Under the pieces are notes generated by a model that did not search any database, was not told where the DNA came from, and was given only the letters and a program-made list of their open reading frames with translations. Position numbers and translations under genes: made by a program. A stretch of 64,000 nt of DNA from Phycisphaerae bacterium (GTDB lineage Bacteria; Planctomycetota; Phycisphaerae; UBA1845), in the NCBI GenBank assembly GCA_963666835.2, contig CAXXGO010000001.1, positions 352,001 through 416,000 of the forward strand. Reading direction: 5' to 3'. Of the stretch, positions 10,079-19,880 are shown in pieces. Within the stretch, counting starts at the first letter, position 1; each line of letters starts with the position of its first letter.

Positions 10079-13000
10079 ATGGGCGGGATTATTATGGCGA
10101 GAATGGGTGGGCGGTGTCCGTGGTATGGGGTTCCACACCGGAGAGTGGAAGTCTTGTTGCGAGGGATGGCGTTTCTTGTTGTGGTGGCGCTTATTGCATC
10201 ACCGGCGGCGGCCGACGAACAACGTGCTCCGCAGCCCTGCACGGAAGACGATGTGTCGATTGTCTGCGCGGTCGAGCCGCCACCGCCGGATGCGGAGATG
10301 TGTCTGCGAAGCGCGCTGCCGTTCTACCTTATGGACCTCGAACCGCAGCTGGCGGATCTTCAGTTGCCGCTAGACCCGGAGGATCCGGATCCTGCGACTC
10401 TGAGGTGGTACGATATCGCTACGCAGGAAGAGGGTGACATCCCGCCGGAGGTGGACGAGATCGATGAGACGTTCTTCGATGACGACATGGACGAAGCGGG
10501 GTGTCTGCCGGATGCCTGCGGGGAGCCGTCACGAATGGTATTCGGTCGCGACGACCGCGTGCGCGTTTGGAACACCCTGGCTTACCCCTGGCGGACAATA
10601 GGACGAATGGTAATGACGTTTCCCGGGGGTAGCACTGCTAGCTGCACCGGGGCGCTCGTTGGTCCCCGCCATGTGCTGACGGCCGGGCACTGCGTTCACA
10701 CTGGGGGAAAGGGAGGTTCGTGGGCGACATCGGTGAGTTTCTCGCCGGGGCAAAACGGCGCGGCCATGCCCTTCGGGACACACTTCGCATCGCTTCTGGT
10801 CACATTTCGGGGGTGGACGGATCGGCGATCCCGCAACCACGACATGGCGATATTGGTGTTCCCGGCATGGGACCGTCCCGGCGCCGCGGTTGGCTGGTTT
10901 GGCTACAGCACCGGCGGGGCGAGCGATGTGGGGCGGATCCGCAACATCTCCGGATATCCGGGCGATAAGCCTTGGGGAACACAATGGTGGCACGCCGGGA
11001 AGATCCACCATCGGACAACATACCTGTTGCGTTACCGAATCGACACGGCCGGCGGGCAGAGCGGCTCACCCGTCTGGCGATACACGGGGACCACCCTGGG
11101 GCGTTACATCCGGGCAGTTCACCGCGGCTGGGCCACGATCTGGCGATGGTTCAGATGGCGGAAATACAACGAAGGAGTGCGGATCACGCGCGGGAAGTTC
11201 AATGTCATCAGAAACCTGAAGACCGCTCATCCGTTCGCCGCGGATTCGCCCGGCTATCTGCCCGAGCCTTGCGATATGTGCGGACCGGACTGCAATCAGA
11301 ACGGTGTTCCGGACGAGTGCGATATCGACTGCGCTGGGTTGGGAGGGCTATGCGCAGACGCCCCGACCTGCGGAGGCAGCGCTGATGCAGACACGGATGG
11401 CGTTCCGGATGAATGCGCCAGTGCTTGCTGCCATGCGGATGGGAGCTGTACCATCGAACCCTCGGGGTGGCATTGCCTGGAAGCGGGCGGGGCATACGGC
11501 GGACTTGATTCCACGTGTGCGATATGCGTCGATGCCCCGGCGCCGGGGGCGTGCTGCGATCCGGATACGGGGGATTGCGCAGACGTATTCTCGTGGAATT
11601 GCGCAGGCGTGTTCCATTCTGGTGTCGATTGCAGCGCCGGGGTCTGCGACGTCGGGGCGTGCTGTTTTGGGGACGGCTCCTGCTCGCCTATGGACCCCGG
11701 AAGCTGCATGGACGAGTTTCTGGGCTTCGGTACAACCTGTGACCCGAACTGCTGTCTGCAGTCCAGCACGGGAGCGGATGACTGCGGAGGCGCGGTGGTT
11801 CACGCGATAGCGGTTCCGCCGCTGGGTGATCCTCCGATGAGCGTTACTGTGTCTGGTGACACCACGAATGCGGGATTGGCTCCCGAGACTTGTCCTGCCC
11901 TCGGCGAGGTGTGGTGGGAGGCGTTCTCTGTGGACGCAAATGCGGAGGTCACCGTCGACTTCTGCTGCAGTGATCCGCCGGCCAATGATGTGTCAATCTA
12001 CTTGGCCGAGGGCTGCCCCTGCGCGAATCTGATTGAGGCGGATGAGGCGCCGGACTTGGTCGGCTGTGGCGACGGCAACGGGTCTGTGAAGTTCACCGTG
12101 CCGGCCGGGACATACTACGTTCCGGTGCTGGTGGACCGGGACGAGAATGATGAGATCTTCGGGCATCCGTATCAAATGCATATCTTGGTAGCACATCCGT
12201 TTTACGCGGCGTGTTGTGAGATCGGGAGCGACACGTGCACGGTTACAGACCGAGCAACGTGTGAGGAGTACGGGTATTGGCTTGGCGGCGGTGACGTGCC
12301 CGTTGTGACATGTGCCGCCGACCCGTGTGTCATCGGCGCCTGTTGCATTGGTGACACCTGCGACGATGGACCGGCGTGCGACACGTTAGCGGAGTGCGAG
12401 ACGGTCTGTGGTGGGGTGTTTGTCGGGTATGGCACGTGCGCCGATGATGTATGCACTACCACAGCGAGCTGCGATTATTGTGATGGAAACCTCCGAACCG
12501 GCCCGCTGGTTTCGCCCAGTGACCGAAGTGTCAACCTGCGGGCGGCCGATGATCTCCAGCCGGCGGGTTCCACGATCAGTGCACTATGTTGGGTGGGCCG
12601 CTACGAAGACCTCGATGGCGTTCACGACTGCGGGGAAGACGCGGTGGATGACTTCGTCATACGATTCTATGACGACGCCGGCGGTATGCCGGGAGCGGAG
12701 ATCGGCCCTCCCGGCGGCCAGGCGGTTACCGTTGCCAAAAAGGCGGCGGTGCCGAGTCTGATGGGCGACTGGTTGTACAACGCATCACTCGATGTTCCGC
12801 TTAGTGTGGATCCGGGGAACTGTTATTGGATGGAGATCACGAATGATCTGCAGGTCGGTACGGAGTGTGTCTGGGTGTGGGCAAGTTCCGCCTCGGCCGC
12901 CAACAAATTCAGCCTTCGTGACGCCGACGGTTCCTGGGAAGCCGAGGACGCGGTCGCGCACGACTTGGCCTTCTGTATCGACTGCGGGCTGGACAGTCTG

Positions 13001-14221
13001 GGCTGCGGTGACTTTCTCGGCCATTGTTGTACTTGTTCGGCCTGTCAGGAGAACACGACTCTGATTGAATGCACGTTGACTTACGGCGGGCAGTGGGATC
13101 CGGCGAACGACTGTGGCGGGGCGAGCTGTCCGACCGCGGCGGCCAACGATGACTGCCTCGACGCGATTGACGTTGTGGGAGATCTGGAATCCGGAGTCAG
13201 TATCGCCTTCGACAACCGGTGCGCAACTCGCGACGGGGCGGAAGGAAGTTGCCCGGAGTCGGGCGTCAACTTCACCGGCGATGTCTGGTTCAATTGTTAC
13301 GTCCCGGACAGTGGATTACTCACGGTGTCACAGTGCGACGCCGATTACGACGGCATGCTGGCCGTGTATGGCCCGTTCGGGGACTGCGATGACGCGTGCC
13401 TTACTGTGGAACCCGGATGCCCGCTCGTTGATGATGACATTATCCTCGGATGCGATGACGACGGGTGTTGCAGCGGTTCCGCGATGTGCGGTGGTACGCT
13501 GGCGGACATTCCCGTCGAGGCCGGGGGCTGCTACAAGATCCGGGTGGGCGGTCGAAGCGACCGCGGACGCCCAGGGGGACACGGTACGGTTAGTGTGTCT
13601 CTTGCGCCCGGTCCCCCCCTTCTGGCGCCGGTTCAGGCGCCCCCGCCGGAGGACTGCGTGAAGAACCGGTATATCTCGATTATGTCAGGCAATCCTGGAG
13701 TCGCAGTGGGATTGGAGGTCATGGTCGCTTCCAGTTTGTATTTCCCGGGTTCGGTGGGCGAGACCAAATACGTCGGCGCCATTAACGCTGCCGGCTACTA
13801 TCCGTTGGTTGCTACGCCGAACGTGCAGGTCTGGCCCAACAGCCCGCTGCACGTTTTCGACTGTATGATCCATCCGGCGGCGACTTTCGACGTGCGGGCG
13901 ACCGACGGGATGGGCGTCTTCTCGCCGCCTCTCGTGATCGCCACGATACCAAAGCCGGGCGCGAAGTTCTTCGGAGATTGCGTCGGTCCTTTCATCGGGA
14001 CCTGGTCGTGCCCGGACGGAGTCACGAGCGTCTCCGATATCATGGCCGCTCTGCAGCTGTTTGCGACTGCACCGACCGCTCCGCCGGTTCACTGGGCAGA
14101 CATTCACGATGCGGGGCCGAACAACATCGTTACTATGTCGGACGTCCTGTTGCTGGTGAATGCGTTCAAGGGCGACCCCTACCCGTACAATCCGGGTACT
14201 CCAGCTATTCCGTGTCTGTAG
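10079..14221 (+). CDS. Large secreted trypsin-like (glutamyl-endopeptidase-type) serine protease with Cys-rich repeats and a dockerin-like tail
   Basis: LTAGHC, HDMA, DTAGGQSGSP triad motifs; acidic propeptide before VFGRDDR; multiple GACC repeats; DCNQNGVPDECD; AAGGAG RBS (alternative start 10166). Confidence 0.88.
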   Translation: MGGIIMARMGGRCPWYGVPHRRVEVLLRGMAFLVVVALIASPAAADEQRAPQPCTEDDVSIVCAVEPPPPDAEMCLRSALPFYLMDLEPQLADLQLPLDPEDPDPATLRWYDIATQEEGDIPPEVDEIDETFFDDDMDEAGCLPDACGEPSRMVFGRDDRVRVWNTLAYPWRTIGRMVMTFPGGSTASCTGALVGPRHVLTAGHCVHTGGKGGSWATSVSFSPGQNGAAMPFGTHFASLLVTFRGWTDRRSRNHDMAILVFPAWDRPGAAVGWFGYSTGGASDVGRIRNISGYPGDKPWGTQWWHAGKIHHRTTYLLRYRIDTAGGQSGSPVWRYTGTTLGRYIRAVHRGWATIWRWFRWRKYNEGVRITRGKFNVIRNLKTAHPFAADSPGYLPEPCDMCGPDCNQNGVPDECDIDCAGLGGLCADAPTCGGSADADTDGVPDECASACCHADGSCTIEPSGWHCLEAGGAYGGLDSTCAICVDAPAPGACCDPDTGDCADVFSWNCAGVFHSGVDCSAGVCDVGACCFGDGSCSPMDPGSCMDEFLGFGTTCDPNCCLQSSTGADDCGGAVVHAIAVPPLGDPPMSVTVSGDTTNAGLAPETCPALGEVWWEAFSVDANAEVTVDFCCSDPPANDVSIYLAEGCPCANLIEADEAPDLVGCGDGNGSVKFTVPAGTYYVPVLVDRDENDEIFGHPYQMHILVAHPFYAACCEIGSDTCTVTDRATCEEYGYWLGGGDVPVVTCAADPCVIGACCIGDTCDDGPACDTLAECETVCGGVFVGYGTCADDVCTTTASCDYCDGNLRTGPLVSPSDRSVNLRAADDLQPAGSTISALCWVGRYEDLDGVHDCGEDAVDDFVIRFYDDAGGMPGAEIGPPGGQAVTVAKKAAVPSLMGDWLYNASLDVPLSVDPGNCYWMEITNDLQVGTECVWVWASSASAANKFSLRDADGSWEAEDAVAHDLAFCIDCGLDSLGCGDFLGHCCTCSACQENTTLIECTLTYGGQWDPANDCGGASCPTAAANDDCLDAIDVVGDLESGVSIAFDNRCATRDGAEGSCPESGVNFTGDVWFNCYVPDSGLLTVSQCDADYDGMLAVYGPFGDCDDACLTVEPGCPLVDDDIILGCDDDGCCSGSAMCGGTLADIPVEAGGCYKIRVGGRSDRGRPGGHGTVSVSLAPGPPLLAPVQAPPPEDCVKNRYISIMSGNPGVAVGLEVMVASSLYFPGSVGETKYVGAINAAGYYPLVATPNVQVWPNSPLHVFDCMIHPAATFDVRATDGMGVFSPPLVIATIPKPGAKFFGDCVGPFIGTWSCPDGVTSVSDIMAALQLFATAPTAPPVHWADIHDAGPNNIVTMSDVLLLVNAFKGDPYPYNPGTPAIPCL

Positions 14222-14243
14222 AGAAGCCGGTCCTTGACCACTG

Positions 14244-14283
14244 GGGCACTCGGCGGTCGGACCGCGGCCTCCGGGTGCCCTTC
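14244..14283 (+). terminator. Possible hairpin terminator
   Basis: GGGCACTCGG...CCGGGTGCCC stem after the protease stop; weak U tract. Confidence 0.35.
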
Positions 14284-14441
14284 GTGGTGTTCCTAAGAGG
14301 GGCGGTGGGCGGTGTCGTCTGCCCGAATCTCGTCGTTTCGGAGTATCTGGTCGTTAGTCATGTTTGGTTCTGCTGTCCTGTTTTTGTCGCGGCAACTGCT
14401 CGAGGTTGTTTTGCGGATGTCGGAATGAAAGGAGCCGCATT

Positions 14442-14630
14442 ATGTTAGGTAAGTCAGTTGTAGCGTCTATCGTCTGCCTGTCTGTCGCGGTTAACGTAGA
14501 CGCAGACCAGTTTCCGAATGGTCCAGGTGATCCCAGTTGTCCGGACGACTTAAGGCAAAATCGCAAAATAGGCAAAATCGGGACTAAAATCGTGGACAGC
14601 CACCTATTTATCAAAATCTATAAAATCTAA
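14442..14630 (+). pseudogene. Truncated secreted-protein gene (signal-peptide remnant) running into a stutter array
   Basis: AAGGAG RBS + MLGKSVVASIVCLSVAVNVDA-DQFPNGPGDPSCPDDL, then AAAATC low-complexity repeats. Confidence 0.5.
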
Positions 14631-14666
14631 AATCGACTAAAATCGGGGACAGCCACCTATTAAAAT
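14556..14666 (+). repeat. Stuttered AAAATC(GGGGACAGCCACCTATT) array, continuing at 16211-16231 and 17711-17754
   Basis: Full and partial copies of TAAAATCGGGGACAGCCACCTATT, split by two IS insertions. Confidence 0.85.
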
Positions 14667-16210
14667 GGTTCTTCCGCCGAATCTGTGGAAGGATTTCATA
14701 GGTTGAGGTAATCCTCGGCCTCCGGCTCGGGAGCTGTCCGGGGCGGCCCCTTCCGCACCGTCCCCCTCGGCGTCGGCCCTAGTCGGGTGAGACCGACGCC
14801 GAGGGTGACGGAGCTACAGGGGCCTGGAGGCAGCGTTTGGTTTACGTGATGGAACGGGCAGAGGCCGGCTTGTGTCCGGGACAAAAGAAGTGCATCGTTC
14901 GAGAATCCGGTAAATTGGTGTTTGCGAAGACATCAACCCGGAGAAAACGAACGATGCAAGTGAAGACCATCCTCAATCGCGTCCACAAAGTCAAGGGCTT
15001 CGTCTACGGAGACGTTCGATTCCGTGATTCGGATCCCATGACGCTGGAAGTCGAAATCCGGCCGCGACGCGGCAGCCGTCCGTTCTGCTCGGGTTGCGGC
15101 CGCCGAGGCAAGGCCTACGACCGAATGCCGAGACGATCGTTCTCGTTCATTCCGCTGTGGGCCTTGCCGGTTGTGATGCTCTACGCACCCCGCCGCGTCA
15201 AGTGCGAGGATTGCGGCGTGAAGGTCGAACTGTTGCCTTGGGCGGACGGTAAGAAGCGAATCACCAACGCTCACGCGCTGTTCCTCGCTCGGTGGGCGCG
15301 CCGCCTGAGTTGGAAAGAGGTGGCCACGGTGTTCAAGACCAGCTGGGACACGGTCTACCGCTCGGTTGCCTGGGTCGTCGAATACGGCCTGAAACACCGG
15401 GATTTGGACAACGTCGCCGCCATCGGCGTCGATGAGATTCAGTTCCAAAAAGGACATCGGTATCTGACGTTGGTCTACCAGGTTGAGAACTCGTGCCGGC
15501 GTCTGCTGTGGATCGGGCAGGATCGCACCGCCAAGAGCTTCCTGCGTTTCTTTCGCATGATGGGCAAGCCGCGATCAGCCGGAATCCGTTACGTCTGCAG
15601 CGATATGTGGCAGCCCTACCTGCGCGTGATCCGGAAGAAGATCCCCGACGCGATTCACATTCTGGATCGGTTCCACATCGTGGCCAGGCTGAACAAGGCG
15701 GTTGACGAGGTCCGGGCGGCCGAGGCGAAGGAACTGGCACGCGAAGGTTTCGACCCGGTGCTGAAGCACAGCCGGTGGTGCCTGCTGAAGCGTCCCGCGA
15801 ACCTGACGAACAAACAGGGAGCCAAGCTCAGCGAACTGATGCGATACAACCTCAAGAGCATCCGGGCCTACCTGCTCAAGGACAGCTTCCAGGCGCTCTG
15901 GGATTACGAGTCATACCACTGGGCAGGACGATTTCTGAAGGGGTGGATTCAACGGGCCATGCGCAGCCGGCTTGAACCGATTAAGAAAGTCGCGCGCAGT
16001 CTGCGTGCTCATGAGAACCTGATCTTGAATTGGTTTGCGGCGAGAAAGCAGTATTCGTCCGGGATCGTGGAGGGACTCAACAACAAGGTCAAACTGACCA
16101 TCAGAAGAGCCTACGGCTTTCGAGAGCTAAAGGCCGCGGAAGTCGCCCTATATCACGCACTTGGCAAACTACCCGAACCGAAAATCCACCACAAATTCTG
16201 CTGAGGAGGC
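14667..16210 (+). mobile_element. ISL3-family insertion sequence (1544 bp)
   Basis: Imperfect inverted ends GGTTCTTCCGCCGAATCTGTGG / CCACAAATTCTGCTGAGGAGGC; 8-bp direct repeat ATTAAAAT at 14659-14666 and 16211-16218. Confidence 0.92.
14954..16204 (+). CDS. ISL3-family transposase
   Basis: Zn ribbon CSGC..CEDC; IGVDE; CSDMWQPY; LDRFHI; SSGIVEGLNNKVK..RRAYGFR. Confidence 0.93.
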   Translation: MQVKTILNRVHKVKGFVYGDVRFRDSDPMTLEVEIRPRRGSRPFCSGCGRRGKAYDRMPRRSFSFIPLWALPVVMLYAPRRVKCEDCGVKVELLPWADGKKRITNAHALFLARWARRLSWKEVATVFKTSWDTVYRSVAWVVEYGLKHRDLDNVAAIGVDEIQFQKGHRYLTLVYQVENSCRRLLWIGQDRTAKSFLRFFRMMGKPRSAGIRYVCSDMWQPYLRVIRKKIPDAIHILDRFHIVARLNKAVDEVRAAEAKELAREGFDPVLKHSRWCLLKRPANLTNKQGAKLSELMRYNLKSIRAYLLKDSFQALWDYESYHWAGRFLKGWIQRAMRSRLEPIKKVARSLRAHENLILNWFAARKQYSSGIVEGLNNKVKLTIRRAYGFRELKAAEVALYHALGKLPEPKIHHKFC

Positions 16211-16231
16211 ATTAAAATCGGGGACAGCCAC

Positions 16232-17710
16232 CAATAGTGTTCGGCACTCAGATTGCGTTTGATTGACGATACCGTCAAGCCCCGCTTCGGCACGACAAAT
16301 TCGCGCCAGGCTTTGCTTGCGCTCGCGCCGCCGGTCGCGCATAATCGGGTCCATGGCGGGAAGGCGCAAGAAGAAGATCGAGGAGCCTGACTTGAGGGGC
16401 TTCAAGCACTTCAAGTTCCTCAACAGGATTCTGGAGCGGCTGCACGATACGGCGTGTGAACGGGATCGGGCCGGCAACCGCGATTTGCACTACGACCAGT
16501 ACGCCGCACTCATCCTGCTGTATTTCTTCAACCCGATCGTGACGAGCCTGCGCGGGATCCAGCAGACCAGCGAACTCAAGAAAGTTCAAAAGAATCTCGG
16601 GTGCTCGAGAGCCTCACTCGGTTCACTCTCCGAAGCGGCTCGCGTGTTTGACGCCGACCTGCTTCGCGGCATCATCCAAGAGGTGGTCGACGAACTGCCG
16701 GCCCTTGCGGGTAACCGGGAATTCAAGGACATCCGTGGCATTATCACGCTGATCGACGGAACTGTGTTATCCGCCCTTCCCAAGCTCGTGCAAGCGATGT
16801 GGAGCGATGTGAAGGGTGCGCATGGCCTCAAACTGCACACGCACTTCGAGTTGCTCAAGGGGGTGCCAACCCGCATGGACCTCACGGACGGCGATGGCAA
16901 CGAACGGGCTGCGCTCCAAAGAAGCCTACTGCCCGATCGGGTGTACGTGATGGATCGAGGGTACGCCAAGTTCGAGCTGTTCGCCGACATTCTTAAGGTG
17001 AAGTCCTCTTTCGTGTGCCGCGTCCGTGACAACAGCGTGTACGAGGTTCTTGAGGACAGGACCCCGTCCTCAGCGGACCACGTGGCCAAGGCCGGCGAAG
17101 TTCAAAGCGATCTAACTGTTCGATTCACTGGCGGCCAGGCCGCCAGAGCTGGGCTGAATCAGCCCCTGCGTCTGGTCAAGATCGTGTGCAACCCCCACCG
17201 GCACACCCACAAGAACGGGCGAGGCGGCCCCGAACAGGGCGAAGTGCTTCTGGTGGCTACCGACATCATGGACGTCGAGCCGGAAGTCATCGCTCTGATC
17301 TACAAGAACCGCTGGGCAGTCGAGACGTTTTTTCGTTTTTTCAAGCACATACTGGGCTGTCGACATCTGTTGAGCCACTGCGAGAATGGAATCGAGATAC
17401 AGACTTATGTCGCGATCATCGCATGCTTGTTGATCGCGCTATGGACGGGGCGAAAGCCGACTCTTCGCACGTACGAAATGCTCTGCTTCCACATGAGCGG
17501 CCTGGCGGACGATGAGGAGTTGCTCGCCCACATCGAAAAACTGAAACCACAAGCATAGCCGCGTCGTGGCGCCCGCACGGAACCGGCCGCTGCGCATGCG
17601 CGGATTTCTCTCGGTACGCTCCTCCAAAAGACGCCCACTACCGAAACAAGGCCGCGCCCCTCCTCTGCGACATCCATCGCCATACGCAATCTGAGTGCCG
17701 AACACTATTG
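16232..17710 (+). mobile_element. IS4-family insertion sequence (1479 bp)
   Basis: 27-bp perfect inverted repeat CAATAGTGTTCGGCACTCAGATTGCGT; 10-bp direct repeat GGACAGCCAC at 16222-16231 and 17711-17720. Confidence 0.93.
16353..17558 (+). CDS. IS4-family DDE transposase
   Basis: LIDGT, VMDRGY, YKNRWAVETFFRFFKH (YREK-type motif); start at ATG 16353. Confidence 0.92.
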   Translation: MAGRRKKKIEEPDLRGFKHFKFLNRILERLHDTACERDRAGNRDLHYDQYAALILLYFFNPIVTSLRGIQQTSELKKVQKNLGCSRASLGSLSEAARVFDADLLRGIIQEVVDELPALAGNREFKDIRGIITLIDGTVLSALPKLVQAMWSDVKGAHGLKLHTHFELLKGVPTRMDLTDGDGNERAALQRSLLPDRVYVMDRGYAKFELFADILKVKSSFVCRVRDNSVYEVLEDRTPSSADHVAKAGEVQSDLTVRFTGGQAARAGLNQPLRLVKIVCNPHRHTHKNGRGGPEQGEVLLVATDIMDVEPEVIALIYKNRWAVETFFRFFKHILGCRHLLSHCENGIEIQTYVAIIACLLIALWTGRKPTLRTYEMLCFHMSGLADDEELLAHIEKLKPQA

Positions 17711-17771
17711 GGACAGCCACCTATTAAAATCGGGGACAGCCACCTATTTATTGACACCGCTTATGGGCCAA

Positions 17772-18094
17772 GTGGGTCGGGTTCTGCCCAATGGTACTAA
17801 CCTCGTCAGGTTGCCATGCGGGCAACCGTCCCGAAGGGACGGAGGCGTGTAGCCACGGGTGGAGCGAAGCGGAACCCGTGGGTGAGATCGCTCCCCACGT
17901 GGTCCCGCCCCGAAGGGCCGGCGGACGGTTTCAGGGATCGCCCGAATAGCCACAGACCGCGGACGGCAATCGGCTTCGGAGGGTTCGCTCCGCGGACCGG
18001 TTTGCGGCCGGGTACTGAAGCAAACGGTCCGCACAGCGGACCCTCTCTCGTTTCGTCTGCCAAGGTTAGTACCATTGGGCTGAGCCCGACCTAC
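17772..18094. repeat. Nested REPIN/MITE-like element bounded by 32-bp inverted repeats
   Basis: GTGGGTCGGGTTCTGCCCAATGGTACTAACCT (17772-17803) against AGGTTAGTACCATTGGGCTGAGCCCGACCTAC (18063-18094), 3 mismatches; internal hairpins CGTCCCGAAGGGACG, CCACGGGT..ACCCGTGG, GGTCCGCACAGCGGACC. Confidence 0.75.
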
Positions 18095-18165
18095 TCAGAA
18101 TGGTGCCCGAACAGGGCGTTCGGCGGTCTGACCGCAACGTCCCCGGAGCCCCCTCGTGACGTTCG

Positions 18166-18492
18166 TCAGGACAGGTGTTGGATGGCCTCTTCCAGCGTGG
18201 GGCAGATGGTCACCCAAGCGTCGAGCCGGGTCACGTTGAGGACCCCCGCCACGAACGAAGTCGGGGCGACCAGGACGACGTCCCCTTCGCGCAGGCGGGC
18301 ACTGTTGACCAGCCCGACCAGGGACGAAAGGCCTTGAGAGTCGATGGTCGCCATGGCCGAAAGGTCGATGGCCAGCTTCGGCGCCTCCTGCGAAACCAGG
18401 TCGTGCAGAGCGTCCATGAACTGCTCGGCGTCCAGTTCGCCCGATACCTGCACTACGGATACCGGCCCGCCCTCGTCGATCTTAAGTTCCAT
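18166..18492 (-). CDS. STAS-domain anti-sigma factor antagonist
   Basis: VSGELD; IDLSAMATIDSQGLSSL (phospho-Ser motif); LNVTRLD..PTLEEA. Confidence 0.88.
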   Translation of the reverse strand: MELKIDEGGPVSVVQVSGELDAEQFMDALHDLVSQEAPKLAIDLSAMATIDSQGLSSLVGLVNSARLREGDVVLVAPTSFVAGVLNVTRLDAWVTICPTLEEAIQHLS

Positions 18493-18559
18493 GTTCGTCA
18501 TCCAAACCGCGGATCCGCCTGCTCGGGGCTCGCTCCCCTCGGCGACGGCCACCGCGTAG

Positions 18560-19555
18560 CTACTTCGTTAAATTGCCCGAATCGACCCGTCGGCGAGCGG
18601 CCCGGGTCAGCAGGTAATTCTCCCCCCGGAAGACCGTTACCTCTCCGGAGACCACGAACACCAGTCCGGCCGTGCCTCGCACGGAAGTCTGTACCATTAG
18701 CTCGACGTTCTTGTTAGGAAGAAGCTTGATAGGTGGCTCCGGGTAGTCCGGGTGGTCAGATTCGAACACCAAGGTCCACCAATCGCCATCCCTAATCAAC
18801 CGCCCCGGCCTCTCCACTAGGGGAGACCCGTCCGGCCTGAGGGATCGGCCCGCGGCCGGTGAGCGAGTGGTAAGCGGAGTTGCCGGACCGCCCTGTATCG
18901 GGATGACCTCTTGCGTCGGTCGTTGTTGATCGAGCTGGTCGATCACGGCGGTCGTCGGGGCGTCCGCCGCCAGGGCTTCGGTTTCGGCCGAAGAGCCCGC
19001 TGCGGCCGGGCCGGGTTGCTCGGGCTCGACAGGTGGACCCGAATCGCCGGGACCGCCCATTGATCGGGTCGCGAACCGCGGCAGGAGGTAATTCAATCCC
19101 TCGAAGACCGTTAACTCTCCGGACACGACGAAGGGGTATTGCACCGGGGCGCCGACGGTCGAGCGGACCATTCCGTCCAACGTGCTGTTGGGGAGCAAAC
19201 GCAACGGCGGGGTGCCGTCATCGTCCTGGGGCGAGAACACCCACCAGCCTCCGGCCTCGGTCAGGCGACCGAGGCGGCTTACCATTGAGGCTCCCTCCGG
19301 CCACAGCGGGACGACAGGTCCCCTGGCACTTTCCGCGGACCCGGCCGGTTTGATTACCTCGTTGAACGGCCGCAGCCTTTGCAGAGCCCGCAGCACATCC
19401 TCGGCGGTAGCGTCGGCGGGATCACCCTCGACCACGGGATCGGTTTGCGGGGTTTCCAAGCCGGGTCCGCCTTCGTTGGGCGAGTCGGCCCAGGCGTTGA
19501 GCGCCACGACCAGTCCCACAGCGAAGGCATGCCAGGTTATTGAGTTCAGGTTCAC
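18560..19555 (-). CDS. Secreted hypothetical protein with two homologous domains
   Basis: Signal peptide; repeated GRL..WW..PP(L/I)(R/K)LLPN..FVVSGE(L/V)TVF.G.NYLL. Confidence 0.8.
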   Translation of the reverse strand: MNLNSITWHAFAVGLVVALNAWADSPNEGGPGLETPQTDPVVEGDPADATAEDVLRALQRLRPFNEVIKPAGSAESARGPVVPLWPEGASMVSRLGRLTEAGGWWVFSPQDDDGTPPLRLLPNSTLDGMVRSTVGAPVQYPFVVSGELTVFEGLNYLLPRFATRSMGGPGDSGPPVEPEQPGPAAAGSSAETEALAADAPTTAVIDQLDQQRPTQEVIPIQGGPATPLTTRSPAAGRSLRPDGSPLVERPGRLIRDGDWWTLVFESDHPDYPEPPIKLLPNKNVELMVQTSVRGTAGLVFVVSGEVTVFRGENYLLTRAARRRVDSGNLTK

Positions 19556-19705
19556 GCTGCGATCTCCGCACCTGCCGGATTACCGCCCCGTCGGCCTCTG
19601 CGCGGCGATCACCCTTCCTCCAGTATCGGTCCCAGCAGCCGTTTCGTCCAGCCTCGCGATGCCCGGGGTTGTCCACATCGTTCGCATGAACGCGCGTAAC
19701 TTACG

Positions 19706-19779
19706 GTAGCGCCATCCCTTGTGGATGGCGTCATGGTGACCCAGCGCGCTTCCACGCCAGGGACAAGCCCTGGCGCTAC
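19706..19779. repeat. GTAG-type REP doublet
   Basis: GTAGCGCCATCCCTTGTGGATGGCG ... CGCCAGGGACAAGCCCTGGCGCTAC; related copy CGTCACCCACAAGGGGTGACGCTAC at ~24715-24739. Confidence 0.7.
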
Positions 19780-19880
19780 ATTGATTCGCGGCCTGTACTT
19801 CGCTCGAGTGAATAATCCGAGATAGGCGAGTGTCGGGACGGCAACCCGTTGTCCATCGGCCCGGCGCGGGGAATGCGACG

